Positions 1 to 9,435 of a DNA stretch of 64,000 nucleotides are shown here, in pieces. The stretch lies in the IMG/VR virus record IMGVR_UViG_3300033146_001917, positions 1 to 64,000 of that record; one strand, 5' to 3'. A program made the position numbers and the translations under genes. The notes below the pieces were generated by a model. It was given only the letters and a program-made list of their open reading frames with translations. It had not been told where the DNA came from and did no database searches. The stretch's first letter is position 1; each line of letters starts with the position of its first letter. Source of the DNA: a virus.

Positions 1-13
1 GAAAACGAATAAA

Positions 14-367
14 ATGAATTTCAAAACCATTAAATATATGGTAAACTCAATAACAACTAATCCACATCCAACTGAAAACCAAACTCTACTGGTTCTTACA
101 TTAATGCTTCCATTGTTTACAAGCTATTACATTGGTGCTATTTTACAAATAAAGCGACTGCATGATTTAAATTTGTCTGGGTGGACCTTGTTATTAAACA
201 TGTTTATAGGAATTTTTAGCGCAGCTCTAATGGTATCTTATCCTGCTTATGGAATAGCATTAATTTCACTATATAGTATAGGATATTTTTTAGTGTTAAT
301 ACTTCAACCAGGAAAAAATAAGCCCAATAATTACGGAGCAACAAAATATATGTTAAGTCTTATCTAA
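14..367 (+). CDS. DUF805-like inner membrane protein
   Basis: Three hydrophobic segments with QIKRLHDLNLSGW and C-terminal PG..PNNYG, typical of DUF805. True start uncertain (window edge). Confidence 0.65.
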   Translation: MNFKTIKYMVNSITTNPHPTENQTLLVLTLMLPLFTSYYIGAILQIKRLHDLNLSGWTLLLNMFIGIFSAALMVSYPAYGIALISLYSIGYFLVLILQPGKNKPNNYGATKYMLSLI

Positions 368-397
368 CCTTCAACCCCTACTCACAAAGAAAATCAA

Positions 398-637
398 ATG
401 AAAACAATTACATCAATTATCGTAATTTCACTTTTATCAATAACTTCACCCTTTGGTAAGATAAATAATAACAACACTATTGTTTCTCCACCTGTTACCG
501 TAGCGTCATTTACATCACTCGTGTGTCCAAATGATGGGCTGATGTTGTTTAATACTTACCGTACCAAGTATATAAATGGACGATTAATGCACTTATATCG
601 TTGTTCTAACAATCATTACTGGTGGATTGATAATTAG
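398..637 (+). CDS. small secreted protein with possible Zn-ribbon
   Basis: Signal-peptide-like N-terminus; CPND...YRCSNNH motif. Confidence 0.5.
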   Translation: MKTITSIIVISLLSITSPFGKINNNNTIVSPPVTVASFTSLVCPNDGLMLFNTYRTKYINGRLMHLYRCSNNHYWWIDN

Positions 638-695
638 CTTCTTTGCTCATCGCTTTTGTTAGCCGTGAGCTTCACCTTTCAACTGGGAGAGTGGT

Positions 696-1895
696 ATGAA
701 TAAATTACGAGCTTTTACTTTAGGTGGAATGTTTATTGCGGGTTGTGGTTTTAGTCCTGGCGTAAACGCTGATGTTGACAGTAGCAGTGCTGAAATTGAT
801 GCTCGGGAGGCTCAAGTAGTCACCATCAATAACACAACCGTCGAAACTAACGCAAACGAAGGTGAGCAGCCTACCTACAACCCACAACTTGATATCTTAT
901 ACAATCGGAACCGAACGGATGAAATATATAGCACACTTGATACATTGATTGCACGAGACAATGAAATTGTTGAGCAACTTGATACATTGATTGCACGAGA
1001 CAATGAAATTGTTGAGCAACTTGATACTCAAGAGGAACAGTATAACGACAATAGTAATCAAATTCAAACTCTTAATAGTAACCTCGAAAATCGTGCTGTT
1101 ACTGCAATGGGTTTGGAATCTAGCAACAACCCATTGAACCACGATCGATTTACTCCGCAAGAAGCTAAAGAAGCAATGGGGATTCAAGATGACAACAACC
1201 CATACAACCATGTAAAAAGATCAGTTGACACTATTGTTGCTATCACACAAACAGTAATAGGTTCTCTTACAGATAGCAACCCTACGAATCACACTAAACG
1301 AACAGTTGCACAATTAACGAATTTATTTTCTAATTTCGTAGGCGTACTTAATAACAACAACTCTATGAATCACAATCGTTACACTGACTCTGAAGCGATT
1401 AACGCCGTAAGACCTTACCTACCTACTGGTAGCTATATGTTTGGCACGGTATGTGGAGTCTCTGAACCTCATGATGGTAATGTCGGAGGTTGGGCAGGTA
1501 TTGGTGATATATGTAGAACTACTTGTGACAGTGACACTGCTCATTTATGCAGTCTTGACGAAGTTCATAAGTCGTTACAAATAGGAATAGAAATTAGCTC
1601 TAATAGTCGCTATGATATAGGAAATAATAATTGTTTAGGTTGTGGATCTGAAGAGTGGACTAAAGGTTCTGAAGACTGTATGACTTACGAAGAAGTTCTA
1701 ATGTATAAAGAAACACACGGAGGATGTTTCTTGATACATGAGAATGGAGCTGATTTATTATCATGCCCTCTTCTAAGTTGGACTAAACTACATTACGACA
1801 ACCTTCCTGATTTATACTGCTATCATCCAAACAGCTTGCAAAATAACTGCGAATTTGAAATACCCTTTCTCTGTTGCGACGCTTATAATCAATAA
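696..1895 (+). CDS. secreted/lipoprotein: coiled coil, NxxNH repeats, Cys-rich C-terminal domain
   Basis: GGGAG RBS; IAGC lipobox-like motif; four N-N-P-x-N-H-type repeats; many Cys in the C-terminal part. Confidence 0.6.
   Translation: MNKLRAFTLGGMFIAGCGFSPGVNADVDSSSAEIDAREAQVVTINNTTVETNANEGEQPTYNPQLDILYNRNRTDEIYSTLDTLIARDNEIVEQLDTLIARDNEIVEQLDTQEEQYNDNSNQIQTLNSNLENRAVTAMGLESSNNPLNHDRFTPQEAKEAMGIQDDNNPYNHVKRSVDTIVAITQTVIGSLTDSNPTNHTKRTVAQLTNLFSNFVGVLNNNNSMNHNRYTDSEAINAVRPYLPTGSYMFGTVCGVSEPHDGNVGGWAGIGDICRTTCDSDTAHLCSLDEVHKSLQIGIEISSNSRYDIGNNNCLGCGSEEWTKGSEDCMTYEEVLMYKETHGGCFLIHENGADLLSCPLLSWTKLHYDNLPDLYCYHPNSLQNNCEFEIPFLCCDAYNQ
935..1027 (+). repeat. 42-bp in-frame tandem repeat (2 perfect copies plus a partial)
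   Basis: acttgatacattgattgcacgagacaatgaaattgttgagca at 935 and 977, partial at 1019; encodes LDTLIARDNEIVEQ. Confidence 0.95.
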
Positions 1896-1917
1896 CCCAA
1901 ACAAAAAAGGATGTTTA

Positions 1918-2334
1918 ATGAAGCATTTACAACTTATTTTTATCTTTAGTGTAGTTTTCTTAACTTCTAGTTGCGGAAGTTTTGAATGCTCTCAAGATGA
2001 TTGGTATGGCACCTACATGGTGTCTTATGAAGAACATGACGGAGGAACATGCGGACCTATAGGCGAAACACTGTTAGTAATAGATGATACAGTTTCGTAC
2101 GGAAATTGTGTTAGTGTTTATAACCAAACTTCAGAAGACCAATGCACATCTAAAAGCGTCTTTGATTGTGAAGATAGTGGTAACAATATAACATTCACTG
2201 GATCTTCTATTATTACACAAGTGGCTCCTAATGGAGATACAATTACAGGTGTATTTACAATGTCTCTAAGAACATTATCAACCGGAAAATCAATATGTTC
2301 TAGTACATATGACATTATATACATTCGTCAATAA
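1918..2334 (+). CDS. putative lipoprotein
   Basis: AAAGGA RBS before ATG 1918; hydrophobic leader ending LTSSC; Cys-rich mature region. Confidence 0.6.
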   Translation: MKHLQLIFIFSVVFLTSSCGSFECSQDDWYGTYMVSYEEHDGGTCGPIGETLLVIDDTVSYGNCVSVYNQTSEDQCTSKSVFDCEDSGNNITFTGSSIITQVAPNGDTITGVFTMSLRTLSTGKSICSSTYDIIYIRQ

Positions 2335-2423
2335 ACCCAACCCTACGGTCCCTCGCGAAAGCAAAAAACTTAAATGATATTGAAACCATTAAATATATTT
2401 TTGTCCAAGTTATTATATATCAT

Positions 2424-2528
2424 GCTCAATTCAAACGGTTATCCAATAATCGTTACCGCTTAACCTGGTTTTACAGCAACGGTCAAAAAGGACATGAAAC
2501 AGAATACCGTAACGACAAACTTCATTGA
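2424..2528 (+). pseudogene. relic of a MORN-variant (YwqK-like) repeat gene
   Basis: Reads TWFYSNGQKGHETEYRNDKLH* with no start codon; TGA lies where Gly is expected (KLHG). Confidence 0.45.
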
Positions 2529-2581
2529 ATTATGGTAATGACCTAAACTTAGAGGACATAAATTCCTGGAAACTATGATTT

Positions 2582-2914
2582 ATGGTAGATAAAATATATT
2601 CTAAAGCTAATAGTCAAGTTACAGTAACACATGAAGAGTTTAGGCTAATCACCAATAATCACTGGATTGACTTATGCGATAAGTCGCAATTATCAGAATA
2701 TGATCGCTGGATAAATGACGCTGATCGTATTCCTGATTCACTAAAAGTTTTCTTTTTTTATCGAGGTGTATATCATTGTATCACAGATTTTAAACGCACC
2801 ACAAAAGAATTTTTTCCAAGTTGGGATGGGTATGTATATCTTCTACATGGAAACCTAGTGATCAAATTATCTCCTGACAAAACTAAAGTAAAAGTTGGCC
2901 ATTATATATTCTAA
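2582..2914 (+). CDS. hypothetical protein
   Basis: 110 aa ORF; phage-like FFFYRG...WDGY motif. Confidence 0.55.
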   Translation: MVDKIYSKANSQVTVTHEEFRLITNNHWIDLCDKSQLSEYDRWINDADRIPDSLKVFFFYRGVYHCITDFKRTTKEFFPSWDGYVYLLHGNLVIKLSPDKTKVKVGHYIF

Positions 2915-2936
2915 TTTAAATATTAAGGTATCAGCC

Positions 2937-3182
2937 ATGAACAATGAATCTCATTATTGGATAAATATTAAGTCAGAAATGACAATATATTATTGACAAC
3001 ATCTATTTCACCGAGAAGACGGTCCAGCAATTGAACATCTTGATGGATATAAGGCATGGTACAGATATGGTAAACGTCATAGATTAGAAGGACCGACAAT
3101 CGAAGATCTATACAGAAATCATGAATATTGGGTTAATGGTAAACAATTTACTAAAAATAAATTCAATACTCAAATAAGTTAA
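2937..3182 (+). pseudogene. HREDGPA-repeat phage protein interrupted by an in-frame TGA
   Basis: ATG 2937, TGA 2994-2996, then same-frame LFHREDGPAIE...HRLEGP...YWVNGK to TAA 3182; intact paralog at 57548. Confidence 0.7.
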
Positions 3183-3251
3183 TTGATGTATCTAAAGGCT
3201 CACCGAACGATCTAGCAAAGACGATATAAAACACAGGCAATAAGAATACAA

Positions 3252-3548
3252 ATGTACATCTATGTAGTCGAACGAATAGTTCAATATGATCCACCTGGAA
3301 TAATCAGTGCTCCAGTATTAGGAGTATTTACATCTAAAAGTAAAGCAAATTTACACATGGAAGCAATCAAACAAGATAGGTTATCCCATGGGAGTACATT
3401 ACTGTACGATAGAATAATGCCATACAATTGCATTATTTCAGTTTGTGAAAATATACCAAAGGACATAAAACGTATAGAATTTGAAAAACATGACAATATA
3501 CATGAAATTCTTATATTAAGACGTTACACGATTAGAAAGAAAAAATAA
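3252..3548 (+). CDS. hypothetical protein
   Basis: MYIYVV...VLGVFTSKSKA, a common small phage protein pattern; coupled to the next gene. Confidence 0.55.
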   Translation: MYIYVVERIVQYDPPGIISAPVLGVFTSKSKANLHMEAIKQDRLSHGSTLLYDRIMPYNCIISVCENIPKDIKRIEFEKHDNIHEILILRRYTIRKKK

Positions 3549-4885
3549 TGCATTATATTTTATCAGCTACACAAGAATTAATAGTAAGGGAAGTACGATC
3601 CGCCGGATTTAAAATATGGATTGTAGGAGGAGCTGTACGAGATCGTATTTTGAGACGAAAATGCAGTGATATTGATTTGGTTACAAATATTCCAATCAGT
3701 ATTATTGAAAAGATATTGAAGGACAATAATCTTCACGCACTAAAAGAAGAATTTGAAACTATAGTCCTTCGTATAAAAGCTAAAGAAAACGAGTTAATAG
3801 ATATTGCTATAACACAAAATATTCAGGATGATCTTTCAAGACGAGACATAACTATTAATGCTATTGCGCAAGAAATAGATGACACTGGATTAGTTCTCGA
3901 TACATTAGATCCATTTGATGGTGCAGAAGATATACAGAAGCAACAAATTATATTTATAAATCCGGATATTAATATTATAGCAGATCCCGTAAAGATACTA
4001 CGTGCTTGTCGTTTCTCTGCACTAGGTGAAAAATGGGTAATTCAAAATCCATCTATAATATCAACACACGCAAAATTGATTAATTCAGTAAGTAAGGAAA
4101 GAATCAGAACTGAAATTATGAAGGGAATCAGTTACCCCGCTCCAATGAATTTCATGGATAATATTTTATCGGCGGGACTTCTTCCCTACATAATGTCTCC
4201 TGTACACCTAACAAAAGGAATAGTACAAAATAAACATCATGCAGAAGAAGTATTAGAACATCTTCTATATTCATTTAAAGCTAGTGTCGAATTTACAAAT
4301 AAACCATTACTTAGACTAGCAGCTCTATTCCATGATGTAGGTAAAAAAGAAACACAATCAATAGATAAGTACGGAGAAGTACATTTCTATAAACATGAGA
4401 TTGTGGGAGGAAAAATAACTAGAAAATGGATGAAGGAATATAAATTTTCAAATAAAGAAATTGAGTATGTAACCAAAATGGTTACGTATCATCAATGGAG
4501 ATTTTATCCAGACTCTAAAGACAAAACTATACGTAGATGGCTCAATACAGTTGGACAAGACTGGTACGATCTAATAATTCTTCGATCTTGTGATCGTAAA
4601 GGTAATTTAGCTAAGAAACATAAACCAGCAGTTACTCATGAAACTAAGCAACTAATATCTAGAATTGAAAATATACTTAACCGCAAAGAACCAGTATTTG
4701 ACAAAGATCTGCAAATATCAGGTAAGGATTTGATACGACTAGGATTTAAACCAGGTCCTGAATTTGGAAAAATCTTACAGGACTGTTGGTCATTAGTTTT
4801 GAATTTCCCAGAAAGAAATACGAACAAGAGTCTAATTAGTTTTGTAACAAAGAATAACGAGGTACCTAATAATGCAACCAGATGA
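3548..4885 (+). CDS. cca: CCA-adding tRNA nucleotidyltransferase / poly(A) polymerase family with HD domain
   Basis: VGGAVRD, DIDL, DLSRRDITINA, DPVKILRACRF and LFHDVGK motifs. Confidence 0.9.
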   Translation: MHYILSATQELIVREVRSAGFKIWIVGGAVRDRILRRKCSDIDLVTNIPISIIEKILKDNNLHALKEEFETIVLRIKAKENELIDIAITQNIQDDLSRRDITINAIAQEIDDTGLVLDTLDPFDGAEDIQKQQIIFINPDINIIADPVKILRACRFSALGEKWVIQNPSIISTHAKLINSVSKERIRTEIMKGISYPAPMNFMDNILSAGLLPYIMSPVHLTKGIVQNKHHAEEVLEHLLYSFKASVEFTNKPLLRLAALFHDVGKKETQSIDKYGEVHFYKHEIVGGKITRKWMKEYKFSNKEIEYVTKMVTYHQWRFYPDSKDKTIRRWLNTVGQDWYDLIILRSCDRKGNLAKKHKPAVTHETKQLISRIENILNRKEPVFDKDLQISGKDLIRLGFKPGPEFGKILQDCWSLVLNFPERNTNKSLISFVTKNNEVPNNATR

Positions 4886-5306
4886 TATGTCTCAAATTTG
4901 GTCAACTGCTTTGTCGGAAGCAATAAAGAAAATGCTGACTGAACAAATAACAGGAGCTACGTCAAATACAACTAACGTAAAGACAACTATTGAAGTACAT
5001 AATGCTCTTTTTGAGGCAATACATACAGTGTGTAGCAAATTGGGCATTTCCTCAGAAGATATTTTTTCAACAATGGCTACAGATGGTTTTAATCAGATAT
5101 TAAAGGAAAAAATGACATTCACTTCTCAGGTTGTACCGGATAGTCAAAGTTCGATGAACAAATTAGAAGAATTTGGACTTAATATGGATAATATGAAGAA
5201 TGGGATAACAAAATTAGAGGACATAATTGGAAAACTTAAGGAAATTGAACATGCAACACAAAGTAAGACCATCTATGCTAACAAGGTTAATAAGAATAGT
5301 AAATAA
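4872..5306 (+). CDS. hypothetical protein
   Basis: 144 aa ORF with GAGG RBS. Confidence 0.55.
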   Translation: MQPDDMSQIWSTALSEAIKKMLTEQITGATSNTTNVKTTIEVHNALFEAIHTVCSKLGISSEDIFSTMATDGFNQILKEKMTFTSQVVPDSQSSMNKLEEFGLNMDNMKNGITKLEDIIGKLKEIEHATQSKTIYANKVNKNSK

Positions 5307-5423
5307 TGTTTCATACCTTATAGGACGTTTCCTGAATCTATTAGTTGAAGAAACTACCTTCAATTCATTCCTTTGGAATTTTATTGCTGGTTACTCAGAT
5401 ATGAGTACAAGTAAGAGGCGATA

Positions 5424-6866
5424 ATGAATCGTATATTCGACGATATAACTAATCCTAATAATGCGATATTGTCCATACCACAAGAACAAGGAGGAACAGA
5501 AGATGATAATTATCTAGCATCCATTGGCGATGCAGTAATGAAACATATTGACAGTTTATCGGATGGTGAACGTCATTTATGGGAAACTGTATTTACTATG
5601 CCAGATGGGGCAATTTTCAGAACAGAACCATCTCCTACATGGCATGATCCTGACCCGTTCGCTCTGCGTGGTAAGGATATGGAAATATATTTCGAAAAAA
5701 TTCGTCGAGACAATAAAGGACGATTTATTCCAAAAGAAAACTTTGCTTACCTAAAGGAAGCAATGGAAATAGAAATTGAGCGACAAGCAAAATCAGAAGA
5801 TGTATTTGATAATAGTGAATTAATTCCATTCGAACAAATGGAACGATTTCCAGGAATGACTAAACATATAGATATCCCATCAACACCACGTGATCGTATG
5901 ATCTATATGGGTGCTACAAAGGAAATGTTCTATGATGAATTTCCAACTGGTCATCCAAGAGAAAAAACGATTAGACAAGCATTGTCTATTTTGAATCAAG
6001 AACATGCTACAATAGACAAACAATATACTAAATGGTTTGATATATGGTTAAGTGAACAAAATTTACCCACATATGTTGAATATTTATTATCTAATTTGTC
6101 TCACGATATTGATCAACTAGATGATATGGCAATTGATAATCCATCAGATCTAGCATGTGTCTGTTTAGAAAAAATAGACACAATATGGCGTAAAGAATAT
6201 ATCAATGGCACACGTGCAAAATTAAAAAAAGATCCTATTGCTGTCATATTACTTCAAAATAAGAAGGAGTGGAAAGAGCGATTCGATAGTGGTGAATCTG
6301 TCTATAGCTCTATCAAAAAATTTGGACAAACTTTATTTTTGTTATTTCAAGGAAAAACTGAAAAAGTTAACGGAGAAGAACGTCACCAATTACGCCGACA
6401 TCACTGGCAGCTTTATAAAGAAATAAAAAATTACTGTGCAGCCAAAATACTGGTGAATGGTATAGAATTGAATCATTCTAGTCCCAGAGTTCTAGAGAAG
6501 CAGTTTGGACAAAAAAATAAAGACAATATATTTTTTAATAGACCATTTGATAGTATTTTAGATTTAGAAAAAGCTGATTTACTTCATTCTGATGTGTTTA
6601 CTAATGATGTAAAAAGTAAGCATATTATTGACATTATCGAACAACTTGTAAACGAAACTAAGATGGGAGAGGATCTAGGTAGTTTCCGAACATTTGAAAC
6701 AAAATTATTCTCATTACATAATGAGGGGGCAGTACTAGATTGGAGTGCAATTTGGATGTACTATCGCACATCACGAGAGTTAATCATACGTCATCAAGAA
6801 CGTAGACGAAGGATTAAAGAACAACAAAACAACATTATAGAGTTAGTCAATGAAAGGCAAGGATAA
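5424..6866 (+). CDS. hypothetical protein with a ComEA-like helix-hairpin-helix segment
   Basis: IELNHSSPRVLEKQFGQKNKDNIFFNRPFDSILDL matches the IDLNxAS...RPFxSxxDL pattern. Confidence 0.55.
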   Translation: MNRIFDDITNPNNAILSIPQEQGGTEDDNYLASIGDAVMKHIDSLSDGERHLWETVFTMPDGAIFRTEPSPTWHDPDPFALRGKDMEIYFEKIRRDNKGRFIPKENFAYLKEAMEIEIERQAKSEDVFDNSELIPFEQMERFPGMTKHIDIPSTPRDRMIYMGATKEMFYDEFPTGHPREKTIRQALSILNQEHATIDKQYTKWFDIWLSEQNLPTYVEYLLSNLSHDIDQLDDMAIDNPSDLACVCLEKIDTIWRKEYINGTRAKLKKDPIAVILLQNKKEWKERFDSGESVYSSIKKFGQTLFLLFQGKTEKVNGEERHQLRRHHWQLYKEIKNYCAAKILVNGIELNHSSPRVLEKQFGQKNKDNIFFNRPFDSILDLEKADLLHSDVFTNDVKSKHIIDIIEQLVNETKMGEDLGSFRTFETKLFSLHNEGAVLDWSAIWMYYRTSRELIIRHQERRRRIKEQQNNIIELVNERQG

Positions 6867-7161
6867 AACTTTGGATTTAGATCTCGATTTACACAAAAAA
6901 TTATCTTCTAAACCAGTTATTAAGGGACATAGGGCATCGCTAAAACTCATGATTCCACAAAAGGATAACACATGGCAGGATATAGATTTAGCAACATGCT
7001 TAACTTCTGATTTTGAAACATGGTTGCACTTTGTACATCCTGGATTCCAATTTTCTCCTGGACATTGTTCGAAATATGTAATAAGAATAGAGGCTTTTAA
7101 GGAAGCCATGCGTTTTCATAAATATTTATTAACTGTTAGTGATAACAACACCATAAACTAA
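6850..7161 (+). CDS. hypothetical protein
   Basis: 103 aa ORF in the operon. Confidence 0.5.
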   Translation: MKGKDKTLDLDLDLHKKLSSKPVIKGHRASLKLMIPQKDNTWQDIDLATCLTSDFETWLHFVHPGFQFSPGHCSKYVIRIEAFKEAMRFHKYLLTVSDNNTIN

Positions 7162-7174
7162 ACAAGGAAAAACA

Positions 7175-7483
7175 ATGATAAGTAACATTAAGTGTTGGCC
7201 CTCAAAGGGTAATTCAAGCATTAGGGCTAATGGCTCGTTTCAAGTAGATAACTTTATTATAAAGTTTTTACTAATCGAAGGGAAGAAAGGGCTATTTGTA
7301 AGCCTTCCATCACATAAATATGAAAAGGAAGGAAAGACAGAGTATGTAGATGACGTATTCCCTCTTTCGAAGGAAGCACGTGATGAAATGCAAAAAGATA
7401 TAATTGGTGCATACAACAAGGAAATTAAAACGGATCAGAGTATGAATCAGGATCAATCGTACGATAATATTCCATTTGGTTAA
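7175..7483 (+). CDS. spoVG: SpoVG-family nucleic-acid-binding protein
   Basis: LIEGKKGLFVSLPS...EYVDDVFPLSKEAR; acidic IPF tail. Confidence 0.8.
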   Translation: MISNIKCWPSKGNSSIRANGSFQVDNFIIKFLLIEGKKGLFVSLPSHKYEKEGKTEYVDDVFPLSKEARDEMQKDIIGAYNKEIKTDQSMNQDQSYDNIPFG

Positions 7484-7486
7484 ATA

Positions 7487-8266
7487 ATGCGAGAAGGTGT
7501 ATTAGACAATTCCGACAACAGAGAAGATTTTATTCTTTACTCTGTATATCCAAATAATATATACCCAGTGTCATATATCCTTACAGGTTTGAAAAGCTAT
7601 GGATTAACAGGAAATTGGTCCTACCTTGGTATTCACATGATGGATACTAGCAATTGTCTAATACATCCTTCTCGTAGAGAATCTCTACAAATAGTTCAAA
7701 AAAGTTACGACATGAATCTCATGGAGACTCCAAAAGGTAACTATTTATCTATGATTTCATTTGAACTTTGGGAATTACAGAATTTAATCCAACAAGGAAT
7801 GTTTCAGGCTTATGAACTATTGTTTATGCCTGAAATATATCGTAATCCTGAAATGAATTCTATACTTTCTCTTTGTAGAGAAGCTCTTAATAATAGAATA
7901 GGTGAACAAGCTATACAATATAGTTTGTTCCAATCTCGTAGACGAATAACTAGTAGACGAGTAATTTTAAGTTATTACAGATTACTTCAAGCTATTTATT
8001 TTCTTCGAGAACGTGATTTTGAATGGAACATTAAAAAATTATTTTTTGAATGCAATGTATCCTCTATTGCACAAGGTCAAGATCTTCTTCTAAAATATAT
8101 AGATGGAGACACAACGCCTCCAAAAAATATTTTTGGTGAACTCTCTTCTTTGATGCAAGAAGTTGATTCAACTGTACTACATTCCACATTGTCAGATATA
8201 TCGTCTCAATCTCTATTAGATAAAATTGACAATGAAATAATAACTCAGAGACTAAAATTTACATAA
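7487..8266 (+). CDS. RlaP/Nuc-transf-like pol-beta nucleotidyltransferase, catalytic motif degenerate
   Basis: TGLKSYGL...YLGIH, SFEL, YELLF and YYRLLQA follow the family layout; DxD is absent. Confidence 0.55.
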   Translation: MREGVLDNSDNREDFILYSVYPNNIYPVSYILTGLKSYGLTGNWSYLGIHMMDTSNCLIHPSRRESLQIVQKSYDMNLMETPKGNYLSMISFELWELQNLIQQGMFQAYELLFMPEIYRNPEMNSILSLCREALNNRIGEQAIQYSLFQSRRRITSRRVILSYYRLLQAIYFLRERDFEWNIKKLFFECNVSSIAQGQDLLLKYIDGDTTPPKNIFGELSSLMQEVDSTVLHSTLSDISSQSLLDKIDNEIITQRLKFT

Positions 8267-8276
8267 AGGAATATAT

Positions 8277-8501
8277 ATGATCAATAAAGAAATTGTACGA
8301 AAATTTCAGTCAAAATATGGCAAGATTAGCTATAAGGTTATTTCTCGTATTATTCGAGGACGTACAAATGCAAGTATAAACAAGGAACTGGATATTCCAG
8401 TTTCAAGTATCAAAACTTATCGTGGGAATTTGACACGTGGTGCTTATTCACCATGGGTTGTACGGAAAAGTAACACCTATACAGGTAAAATATTTAAGTA
8501 A
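8277..8501 (+). CDS. HTH DNA-binding protein
   Basis: GRTNASINKELDIPVSSIKTYRGNL, LuxR/sigma region-4-like. Confidence 0.55.
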   Translation: MINKEIVRKFQSKYGKISYKVISRIIRGRTNASINKELDIPVSSIKTYRGNLTRGAYSPWVVRKSNTYTGKIFK

Positions 8502-8507
8502 TCTTTA

Positions 8508-8788
8508 TCCGACAATAATTTATTATTGTCGGAATCAATATCTTCTGTGTACCACAGGAGGTACGAATAAATAAACCAATAAACTGATTAAGGTGAGTGT
8601 CTCATCCTAATAGACAACAGGGAAAGGGTTTTAAAAAAGGTTATAATTACCAAAACTGCTTTCCCGCTTTAAAAAGCAATAGCACTTATTAACCTAGGAT
8701 TTGTATCGTGATCTACAAATCCTAGAAGTAATCGCTAGAGATAAAAAGTTGATAGGTTAGTAAAGCAATAAGACTCTCTAGCGATTAC
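8508..8788 (+). other. cluster of strong inverted repeats (candidate structured RNA)
   Basis: Perfect stems of 11 bp (8508-8533), 12 bp (8694-8725) and 14 bp (8728-8788), plus a multibranch element at 8593-8689. Confidence 0.55.
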
Positions 8789-8799
8789 AAGGAGATGAT

Positions 8800-8880
8800 A
8801 TGCAAGAGTACGAAGAGATAATAATTACAGCAATTATAGGTATGCTTATCATAGTGAGTATGATAATAAATATTATGTGA
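8800..8880 (+). CDS. 26-aa single-TM peptide
   Basis: AAGGAG RBS; MQEYEEIIITAIIGMLIIVSMIINIM*. Below the ORF-track cutoff. Confidence 0.5.
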   Translation: MQEYEEIIITAIIGMLIIVSMIINIM

Positions 8881-8886
8881 ACACAC

Positions 8887-8959
8887 CTAGGTATAGCTGA
8901 GTTTGGTTTAGCGTTGGCTTTGGGAGCCAAGGATGGGAGTTCGAATCTCTCTACCTAGA
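8887..8959 (+). tRNA. tRNA-Pro(TGG), CCA not encoded
   Basis: Acceptor CTAGGTA/TACCTAG; anticodon arm TTGGC-TTTGGGA-GCCAA; T loop TTCGAAT. Confidence 0.9.
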
Positions 8960-8963
8960 CAAG

Positions 8964-9131
8964 ATGACAAAACAAGAACTACAAGAATCTCTGGAAAAAC
9001 TAGAAGAACAAGGTTTAGTAAAAAAACAATTTAAGGATAACGAATATGAATATAAATTAACAACAAAGGGCAAATTGTACTATAATATAACTAATATATT
9101 TAAAAAAGGTAAAGATGAGTCAAATAATTGA
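8964..9131 (+). CDS. small winged-helix protein (55 aa)
   Basis: LEKLEEQGLV...YEYKLTTKGK, an HxlR/MarR-like wing motif. Not in the ORF track. Confidence 0.6.
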   Translation: MTKQELQESLEKLEEQGLVKKQFKDNEYEYKLTTKGKLYYNITNIFKKGKDESNN

Positions 9132-9432
9132 ATCAATTTATTTAGAAAATACACATTCTACACATAACAAATTTTATGAAATTTTTATTGTGTATAAAAA
9201 TAATTTATTCAATATACATACACGACATGGAACTAAAGGAAAAGATGGTATATATACATGCACTCGATTTACTTACGTTGAAGTAGACGAAGCAAGAGAT
9301 AAAATGCAAGATATGATTGCAAAAAAAATATCATCACGTGGTTATGAAATACTAGATAAGTTAAAAGAATCTCCCGTAATAAAGAAGCAAGCAGTCACGG
9401 GAAGGCTAAAACGTTTTGCTTCATTTATGTGA
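9115..9432 (+). CDS. WGR-domain protein
   Basis: HNKFYEI...TRHGTKG...KISSRGY. Confidence 0.7.
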   Translation: MSQIIESIYLENTHSTHNKFYEIFIVYKNNLFNIHTRHGTKGKDGIYTCTRFTYVEVDEARDKMQDMIAKKISSRGYEILDKLKESPVIKKQAVTGRLKRFASFM

Positions 9433-9435
9433 TAC

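Noticed and set aside
935-1027. CRISPR array
   Set aside because: Spacerless in-frame coding repeat. No repeat-spacer array was seen anywhere in the window by eye.
368-2581. Integron cassette array
   Set aside because: The short gaps lack paired RYYYAAC/GTTRRRY attC structures, and no integrase is present.
2526-2996. TGA stop-codon reassignment
   Set aside because: The two internal TGAs imply different residues (Gly vs probably Trp), and intact genes such as rtcB end in TGA at the expected position.
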